A stretch of 63,859 nucleotides of DNA, the filler included, from Bigelowiella natans CCMP2755 (lineage: Eukaryota; Protista; Cercozoa), in NCBI GenBank assembly GCA_000320545.1. It is 5 parts of 5 records of this genome, joined end to end, with 100 filler letters (N's around TTAATTAATTAA, not from the genome) between each part and the next. Parts side by side here need not be neighbours in the genome. Positions count along the whole stretch, not along the records: positions 41,205 to 58,322 come from ADNK01001398.1; positions 58,423 to 61,193 come from ADNK01003250.1; positions 61,294 to 63,859 come from ADNK01001840.1; 2 more parts are not named here. One strand, 5' to 3'. Of the stretch, positions 55,467 to 63,859 are shown in pieces; within the stretch, counting starts at the first letter, position 1, and every line of letters begins with the position of its first letter. Made by a program: the position numbers and the translations under genes. The notes beneath the pieces are model-generated. The model was not told the origin of the DNA. It saw only the letters and a program-made list of their open reading frames with translations, and ran no database searches.

Positions 55467-55914
55467 CTTTTGGAGCTCATATCACCCGTTCCTTCCGGTC
55501 CCGAGCGCCATCAGATTTAGAACACTTTTTGCCAGATGTTTAAATATGTAATACAGCCGATTTCCAGTGAACGACAGAAAGTGTTCGCCCATTTCGGGGA
55601 AACTTCGATTGATGGGCTTTTGGTATTTTTCGATGTTCTACTCTCGCTTGCGCTTGTGAGCGCAGCAGCAGGTAATTACGGCCTCGTTTTGCCCAGTCGT
55701 ACGACGAGTTTCCAAGTCTTTTTGCCTTTCTCACGTGTGCTTGAATCTTAAATGTCAGGAGAAGGGAGGAAGGCAGAAGGGTGGGAAATTAGGCACGTGC
55801 GGCAACAGTAGTGTGATGGATGTCGCAGTGTTAAAAACACGTGGCGATTATTAAAAAAAAATCATTTCGCAGCAAAAAATGAGCAGAAACTTTCGACTGG
55901 CCAAACTCTGAGAA

Positions 55915-58322
55915 ATGATCACCCGCCGCCGGCGGCCTCATCCTCGCCACGCTGTGCTGGCTATCTTTCTCTTCCTGGCCTGGGCCCATCTCAGTTCGGA
56001 GAACCGCCCCCAGCGCAATCTTCGGGGAAGGAAGGGCTCAGGGGAGAATGACGAATCTGGCGCGATGGATGCGTCCAAAACGGCGCAGATATTGCTCGGG
56101 CGTGCTGGCGAGCATTTGAAGATGGGTATAGTAGGTCTCCCGAACGTTGGCAAGGTTGCGCATGTAGTACATGTAACAATTTAAATCTTCAACGCGAAGT
56201 GTGTCTGTTCCCGTTCTTTTTTCCCCTTTTCTCCTCCTCCTCCTCCTCCTTGTCATCGATGGTACCTCACGGAGAATCGGATACCTCCTCCACAGTCATC
56301 ACTCTTCAACCTGATGTCAAAGCTGCAAGTCCCAGCTGAGAACTACCCGTTTTGCACAATCGAGGTGTTGTCCATCAGCACTGCCGTCTACTTATTCGTC
56401 CGCATCCATTCTGAATAAATTCTAAATAGCATTCGTCGTTGTGATCAGCCCAATATCGCGAGAATGAAGGTGCCGGACCCGCGTTTCGACTGGTTATGCC
56501 AACAATTCAGCCCCAAAAGCACTGTGAGTACTACTCATTCCACAGATCAGTTCAGACTTCAGAAAATTTGAGAATAACCCACACGCGCGCGCGCGCGCCT
56601 TTACATATGTGTGTAGTGTATTAATGTTAAATTGTGTGTGTGTGTGTGTGTGTGTGTGTTATAAATTGAGATTCTTCAACTTAGATTCTGAAAGTATGCT
56701 TTAACCAAACATCTCCTGTAAAATTTTCCTATTCCCGGTCCTCCTCCTCCTCTCCGCCATGGCCAGGTTTGTGCCTACCTCGAGGTGACTGATATTGCTG
56801 GATTAGTGAGAGGGGCGGCGGACGGCCAGGTGCGTGCGAATGCGAGTGTGCCTAACACGAATGGGAGTTCACGTGATGTGCGAGAATCATTGCTGTTAGC
56901 ATGCAAAGTAGAGCTCCATTTAAGGGAAGATTACACGAACTCAGGGCCTTGGAAATAAGTTCCTGTCGCACATATACGCTGTGGATGGCATCTACCACGT
57001 CGTTCGCGCATTCAAGGCACGACGCTGATGCTGTGCTGTTGGTGTTTTCATGCTCGACAGCATTCATTCATTATGCGACAAGAAAAAGCACAGATAGACC
57101 ACCACACGCGATCCTGTATGCACGCCATGTTCCTAAGGCGTTGGTACAGCTAAAACCTTCCTTCTGTTTACTCTAACCCAACTACTCTCTTTCCCTTGTG
57201 TTAAAGGATGAAACCGTAGAGCATGTGGAGGGATCCGTCGACCCTGTGAGAGACCTGGAGATCATCACCACAGAACTCCGGTTGCTTGTAGATGATTGTG
57301 CAAAAAAGCTCTAATTCAAAACGACCGACACGCCCGCGCGCAACGATGTGAGACGTAAGCTAGCCTCCAGGAGCGACGCACCATCACTGTGAATGAATTC
57401 TCCCCGCGACGTGGTATTGAAAGAGTGGTGGTGGTGGTGGTGGTGGTGATTGACGTGAAATTGAACAGAAACAAGGATAAGGAGCTCATGGCAGCGCGCG
57501 TGTCCGACCTTGCAAGGAAGGTTGTTACGGCGGAAACTCAATGCGAGTAGAGCTCCTTTGATATGTTGTTGGATGCCGCCATTTCTGCTCACACCCCCGC
57601 CTCCCTCTCCTCATCTACTCTATCTTATATATCGTGCATCTCGTGCTCTGCCCGGCCGCTGCTTGTATTCCTCCGGGCCCCTTCTGAACCCCACTCTCCT
57701 CTGTGCAGTGTGCACGTACAAAGGACAAGGAGATCGAAACTCAGCATCAGGTACTCATCATCGTGGAGGAGGCAGGGAGACAAAGATAGAAGGGGAAAGG
57801 GGGAGATAGCGAGTGAAAGAAGTAGATTTGCATGCTGGGTTGCTGCTAAGAAGCAAACCTACCCATCTCCTTTCTCTGTATGCATTGTACTGTGCGTGAT
57901 ATCAGACGGCTGTGGAGATCCTGCGCGGCCTAGAAAATGGTACAGATGTGCGCTTCTTGGCCATGACGGCTAAGCAGGTTATCATAGCAACGGGGGGGGG
58001 GGGGGGGGGTTACCCCCCCCATTTTCTTTAAATTCAGTCGATCTAATTTAGCCGATTGGAAGTACACACACACACACACACCCCACGATTTTGAGATCTT
58101 AAGACAAGCACCTGAAAGGAAAATGACTGAGGACCTTTCCAACGAACGCATTTAGTGTATTTGTTTTTCAAAAGTGGCAATTGCGAAACGGTTGCGGGGC
58201 GGATTATCAAGCATCGGATGAACCCAAGGCTGCCATAAGAACTTTGTCCCTTCCCCCTGGTATCCAACCTAACTTGGTCGCGTCCATAGAAGAGTTGACG
58301 ACCAAGAAAAGAATCTAGGTGG
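55915..58322 (+). CDS. OLA1: Obg-like ATPase OLA1/YchF with N-terminal signal-peptide-like leader; truncated by the gap
   Basis: [18 protein letters not shown]|[15 protein letters not shown]|[21 protein letters not shown]..|[41 protein letters not shown]. Confidence 0.93.
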
Positions 58323-58422
58323 NNNNNNNNNNNNNNNNNNNNNNNNNNNNNNNNNNNNNNNNNNNNTTAATTAATTAANNNNNNNNNNNNNNNNNNNNNN
58401 NNNNNNNNNNNNNNNNNNNNNN
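58323..58422. other. Assembly gap with TTAATTAATTAA linker
   Basis: 100-bp N block with linker. Confidence 0.98.
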
Positions 58423-58481
<59 letters not shown>

Positions 58482-58534
58482 CTAGGCTTACTGATGCATT
58501 GACCCTCCCCCCCCTTTTTTTTCTGTACAACCAG

Positions 58535-58856
58535 TTTTACTCCTTTGATGTTGGCCGTTATGTTTGGACCTCCGGCTTCAGTGAAAGCTCTTCTAGATGC
58601 AGGTAAAATTTTCATCAGGAGAATATGACAGGAGTAAAAATATGTCGCTAGCAAGAAAAATTTTATTCTGCTGGACTCGTCCAGAGATGATGGTGGTTGC
58701 TTCGGCGTTTTAGGTGCAAAGATTGACCTGCAGACGAGTAGAGGCTTCACAGCAAAAATGTTCTCAACGTGCAGAAATGATGAAACTATTAAGGCCTATT
58801 TCGCACGCAAAAGGGAGTTCTGTTCTTCGTACTGGGGAACCTGCTCCATGATGTGA
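58535..58856 (+). CDS. 3' end of an ankyrin-repeat protein ending in a CaaX box
   Basis: FTPLMLAVMFGPPASVKALLDA|GAKIDLQTSRGFTA matches the ankyrin consensus; the C-terminus is ...YWGTCSMM* (TGA 58854-58856). Confidence 0.8.
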
Positions 58857-59362
58857 TTTTAACACATTTTGAAAGAGTTTCAAAGAGTTAGATGATAAGC
58901 TGCCTTTCTGTAAGATACTGTTTTGCACTCGCCTCTACGTGTAATCGGGCCATAAAAAGTGCAAAGTTTTGGATGAATTAATAGTGGTGATTGTCTTCGA
59001 TAAACCATGTATATTAAAAACCCTAATTGATACGCGACACTGTCGGTTATTGCACAATGCATGGATGCGCGCACCAAAACTGCATTGTACAGAACTCATC
59101 GCGAAGAGGCCTAATAAGTGTCGCAGCAGTTGCTGCGCAAGCTAGCTAGTTAGCTGCACACTTGTAAGTGTGAAATACGGCGATGCAACCATCCGTAGAT
59201 ATGCATGCTAGCATGCTTGCAAAAATTTGAATTTGGGCACTATGCTACTGGCGATGCACATAATATAATGAATGAATAAATTCAGTTGGTTCAATAACTA
59301 GATAAACATCCTAATATATAGACACATTCAGCTTGCCCCAATATGGACTTAACACTAACTAG

Positions 59363-59696
59363 CTAAGAATCCGGTTTTTGGCCTCTTTCTACGGTGCCAA
59401 AGTCCCGTCGTTCTTTGTGCGTCATGAAGCGATAGTTCAGCTTCGAGGAATAGGCGTCCTTCCAACTGCTGCCGGCGCCTTTTCGCTTTTGTCCGTAATG
59501 ACGACGATGATGATCATGCTGCTCTGTGCGGCGATGACGATAATCGTGACGTCCGAACGCCTTATGTCCTCTCCGAGACTCCTCACGACGATGATGCGGA
59601 TGATTGCGGTGGCTGTTGCTTCTGACCCCCTCCTCGCCTTCGGCGCGACGCGACCTAGATGCAAGATATGGACGAAGAAACATATGTTCACAGCTT

Positions 59697-59780
<84 letters not shown>

Positions 59781-60183
59781 GCTATGGTTGTGCTGCACGG
59801 ATGCTTAACGAGCAGCTTGCCATATATCATCATCATCATCATCATCACCATCATCATCATCAGGTGTTATTCGTGTATACGATGGTTGTCGCATATATGA
59901 GCACCGGGGACTGGAGATTGACGAAATCGATTGATGACGTGGATTTGCGTGTGCGTGCGAGCTGGTTTCACATGCCACTGCAATGGGCTCTGGTGATGAT
60001 GATGATGATGATGATGATGATGACGATGATGACGATGATGAGGAGGAGGAGGAGGGGGAAGAGGAAGGTCCACCTTCAGAAGTACGCCGTTCAATTCGTA
60101 GCCTGAAGCCGACGTGAAGTGCGAACAACAACAACAACAACAACCAACAACAATCATATAAACATGAAGTGTAGCACACACAA

Positions 60184-60241
<58 letters not shown>

Positions 60242-60529
60242 GAAATGGGAGAAGAGTCACTCACAGAGGAGTTTGCTATACATCCCCATTAGTTCCGCTA
60301 CTACCACTACTATTCCTACTATTCCTACCAATCCTACTTCTATATAACATCTGCTTCGGAACTTGCTGCTACTGCTGCTGCTGCTACTCCTACTACCATA
60401 TCAGTGTTGTCTATGGCCATAACACTCGAGTCCCAAGCCTTGTACTTCAAGAAACAAAAGCTGACAAAGAGCAATGAGAAGAAGAAGCAATGAGAGGCAT
60501 GCAACAACGCTGAGTGTTGAAATCACGCA

Positions 60530-60566
<37 letters not shown>

Positions 60567-60915
60567 TCGCCTTGATTTGGCCGAACATTAGGCATGCTCA
60601 CATTCTCAGTGACAAAGCAGAGTAGAATGGAAAAGACAGCAACCCTTTGAACTCGCCAGTGCTGCGGTCTCTGATAAGCCTCACATCCTCAACGGGGCCA
60701 TACTCCTCGAAGATGCCTTTTCATTCCAACGCAATAATACCAAACGGTGGCTATTCAAAACGACCCACAAAATACACGGTTCCGAGCGGTGACAATCCGC
60801 CTCAAAGTCGAATGAGGCTACAATAATCCTTTTAGGCAGAAACTCTTTTGGTTTATAAAACGTACACTCTTCGTGATACGACATAAATGTCCAGAGGCAC
60901 CTTGCTTTCGGACAT
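59363..60915 (-). CDS. RRM protein, RBMX2/Snu17-like, with Arg/His-rich C-terminus
   Basis: GIFEEYGPVEDVRLIRDRSTGEFKG|FCFLKYKAWDSSVMAIDN..GYELNGVLLKVD follows the RBMX2 RRM (RNP1 KGFCFL.Y, AVDN). The last exon is R/H-rich. The start is tentative. Confidence 0.7.
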
Positions 60916-61193
60916 CGCTCCTAAGGTAAATTCCGCATAATAATAATACATATTTGCAAATCGTTGCGGCAGAATATTACCACTTTACGACATGAGTTTA
61001 GCGAGTTGTGGAACCCGATGAAATATGTTAGATGTATTTCTGATGCAAGTTAGTTTATTTTTAGAATCTGGACCTGGTCGAAAAAGTGTGCGTGTGCATG
61101 ATTTCATGGCGGTCATCCTCGCTGGTCATGCAAAACTGGCTGTCATGCTAGCATGGACTGTTTGAGAAGGATCTTGTCATGTGTCAGCTACCA

Positions 61194-61293
61194 NNNNNNN
61201 NNNNNNNNNNNNNNNNNNNNNNNNNNNNNNNNNNNNNTTAATTAATTAANNNNNNNNNNNNNNNNNNNNNNNNNNNNNNNNNNNNNNNNNNNN
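61194..61293. other. Assembly gap with TTAATTAATTAA linker
   Basis: 100-bp N block with linker. Confidence 0.98.
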
Positions 61294-61440
61294 CGATCAG
61301 GCAGCCTCAACGACATTCGAGAAGTAAAGAGAAGGAAAGGCAGAGGACAAGGATATTACCACAGCAAATGGCAAGGCAGCAACATCGAGACGATTTGTGA
61401 CATTGAGGAAGATGGCTGTGGTTGGGGTTATGATGGTGGT

Positions 61441-61481
<41 letters not shown>

Positions 61482-62211
61482 TCTGCACTCTCCCCCCCCC
61501 TCCCTGAGCGTTTTCTCCCTCCCTATTCAATCAAAGGCCCGCAGCAGTGGGGGAGCGGGAGGGGCAAGCCTCGAGCCAGCCAGCAACTCATCAACCACGA
61601 AACTGATGGCCATCGATACGACCCACACGGACAAGACGGAGGTCGCTCTGCTGCCTACACGATATCATCAATAAACAAAGCGCCCACCACCACCGCACAC
61701 ATCAACCACGATGATAAGTCAATGATGATGATGATGATGATAATGATGATGATGATGGTGATGGTGATGATGACGGGGAGGAGGAGGAGGAGGAAGAGGA
61801 AGAAGAACATGCCCGGAGATATTTGAATATACATACCATTGCTTTCCGCACACGAGCACGCGCATGCGTTCAGTAGCTCCCGTGTCTAATCCCATCTACA
61901 AGCAGCAGCAATAGCAGCAGCAGCAGCAGCGTGTAGATGTAAAACATCAACTCCTCCCGTTTTTTTTACTCAGTACGCGGCGTTTGTCCGAGAGACCAAA
62001 TCAGGTAATAGTAGTAGCAGTAATGAGCGGTGCAATGGAGAATAATATGAAAAAGAAAAAGAAGAAGAAGAAGAAGAGTCGCTGTGGATATCCCACGCCC
62101 CAACGACGACGAGATGACAACACTGATGATGATAGTTCCCCCCCCCCACAACCCCTCCCCATTGACCGTGTTGAAGGGCATAAACCATCGGTGTATTGTC
62201 TTGGAATTTAA

Positions 62212-62249
<38 letters not shown>

Positions 62250-62814
62250 ATGGTGATAGATGATAATTGATGATAGCGATGATGATGATGACGATGATGA
62301 CTGACGATGATGACTGACGATGATGACTGACGATGATGACTGACGATGATGACTGACGATGATGATATGCTCCTATCATCATCGTCGTCATCATCATCAA
62401 TACAATGACACTTCAAATTTGCCGCTTCAGGAAACGTAGTCTTAACATTGCTAAAATGTGAGCACAGAACCGATGATAAAGGTATCCCCCCCCCCCCCCC
62501 CCTCCCATGGCTGCAACCTGTGCGATGGGGACTAGGAATTGAGATGCTGAGAGAGTTGGGTCTTGGACAGGTTCATCGGTGAGCATTGCAGCACTTGAGT
62601 ACGAGCAGAGGAAGGAAGAAGACGGGGAGGAGGAGGAGGAGGGGAAAGCTGATGCAAGAGCCAATGTAGCAAAGGCCGAGGTAGTAGATAATGGCAGAGA
62701 GCAGCTGATTATTTCCCTCTTTCATTTCGTCTTTCTAGTCGGTGAAACGGCCTCGCCGTAACCACAAGTAAACAGCAGCAGCAGCAGCAGTATGGCTCTA
62801 AGTATGATGATGAC

Positions 62815-62848
<34 letters not shown>

Positions 62849-63021
62849 CTCGTCTTCCTCCTCACACACCCTTTCCTGGGTATCTGCCTGCATGCACCCC
62901 CAGATAATATCAGTCGCGTTTTACGACGGCACGTATGTGGGATTGCTACTGCGCACCGCCAAGAACGAGTCACGTCTTTGGCTTGTTGACTACAAAGGTA
63001 GCAGCCGGCGGATAATGAGTC

Positions 63022-63062
<41 letters not shown>

Positions 63063-63379
63063 GAGAGAGAGGGAGAGAGCCTCCTCGAATATGGCTTTCC
63101 TGCTACACCCTGCTGTATTTATTTCGAGTTCCTCCTAGTCATTATTACTATTATATTACAATTTATTATTACTCCTACTACTATAATTATTATTATTATC
63201 ATCATCATTGCTGCTGGTTGGAAAATACCGCGGTGCTCGTCCCCGCGAGCGGATTGTTTCAGCCGCCATTGCTTACTCCGTTGCTGCCGCCGCTGCTGCT
63301 GCTGCTGCTGCTGTGATAGATCTGGAGTATAAGGATGTGTCAGAGAGGAAGAATACCCGAAAGCGTTCAGACAAAGCAG
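61294..63379 (+). CDS. Internal exons of a multi-exon gene; weak resemblance to the APC4 C-terminal region
   Basis: AG/GT-bounded exons, including IISVAFYDGTYVGLLLRTAKNESRLWLVDYK and DLEYKDVSERKNTRKRSDKA. The family assignment is a weak impression only. Confidence 0.4.
62299..62363. repeat. Intronic minisatellite (GACTGACGATGAT) x5
   Basis: Five exact 13-bp units starting at 62299, 62312, 62325, 62338 and 62351, inside a (GAT)n tract. Confidence 0.9.
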
Positions 63380-63529
63380 GTGAGTATGTGAGAGAGAGAG
63401 TGTGGGTGTGCTGTGGTTGACGTTGGTGTTGTTATGGCTGTATTGTTGCTGCAGCGGCGATTCGTGCGCGTTTATTGCGTGGATGGGGATGTGGATGTGG
63501 ATGTGTGTGGATGTGTGTGTGTGTGTGTG

Positions 63530-63859
63530 ACTCTGTCTGCACCTATTGTCGCACTTGGGATCTACGATGTTGCTTGCATCCATCGGAATACTTCCTGCCA
63601 TATCTGCAGCATACGAGTTGGTGTGGTCGCATCTAATGCCCTTGGCTGTAGCACTTGCATTGCTAGGATCGAACTTACGACAATTGTTAGAGAAGCAATT
63701 CAGAGTTGTACTAAAGGCTTTCGTAATTGGTGCGGTAGGGTCTATTATTTGAAACTTTAGTTGCATATTACTTTGGTTGGAGGACTGCTCGGAGTAGAAG
63801 GCTGGCGAATAGCTGCCTGGCTTGGTGTGCTAGCCTATATTGGGAGGGATCTTTAAATT
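63530..63859 (+). CDS. DUF819/YjcL-family membrane protein fragment with frameshifts (probably low-quality read end)
   Basis: LSAPIVAL/GSTMLLASIGILP..SAAYELVWSHLMPLAVALALLGSNLR...LKAFVIGAVGSII../..GWRIAA..ASYIGG..N. Several 1-bp indels accumulate toward the window end. Confidence 0.7.

Overview
Eukaryotic (protist-type) nuclear DNA, about 64 kb, in five contigs separated by four 100-bp N gaps, each containing a TTAATTAATTAA six-frame-stop linker. It is gene-dense, and the many short introns are full of microsatellites, so most of the ORF track is noise; I rebuilt genes by hand from splice sites and motifs, and internal exon boundaries are approximate. Recognisable genes: ODR-4-like (-), mitochondrial carrier (-), 3-hydroxybutyryl-CoA dehydrogenase (+), secreted Cys-rich protein (-), ERG28-like membrane protein (+), lectin-like beta-propeller (-), kinesin (+), VWA protein (-), lipase_3-FYVE protein (+), NCA2/DGS1-like (-), GH35 beta-galactosidase (-), OLA1/YchF with a signal-peptide-like leader (+), ankyrin-CaaX protein (+), RBMX2-like RRM protein (-) and a DUF819 fragment. 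The main candidate novelty is at 33.9-41.1 kb: a complete GCR1/cAMP-receptor-like 7TM GPCR can be spliced in frame into an AVT/SLC36-type amino acid transporter, suggesting a receptor-transporter fusion. This depends on the linker splicing and needs transcript data. Two regional patterns support it: genes alternate strand almost strictly, and 3' flanks carry a GCTAGC/TGCA/CATG-rich tract that is absent between the GPCR and transporter halves. The organism cannot be identified from the sequence alone; the OLA1 leader is compatible with an alga bearing a complex plastid.
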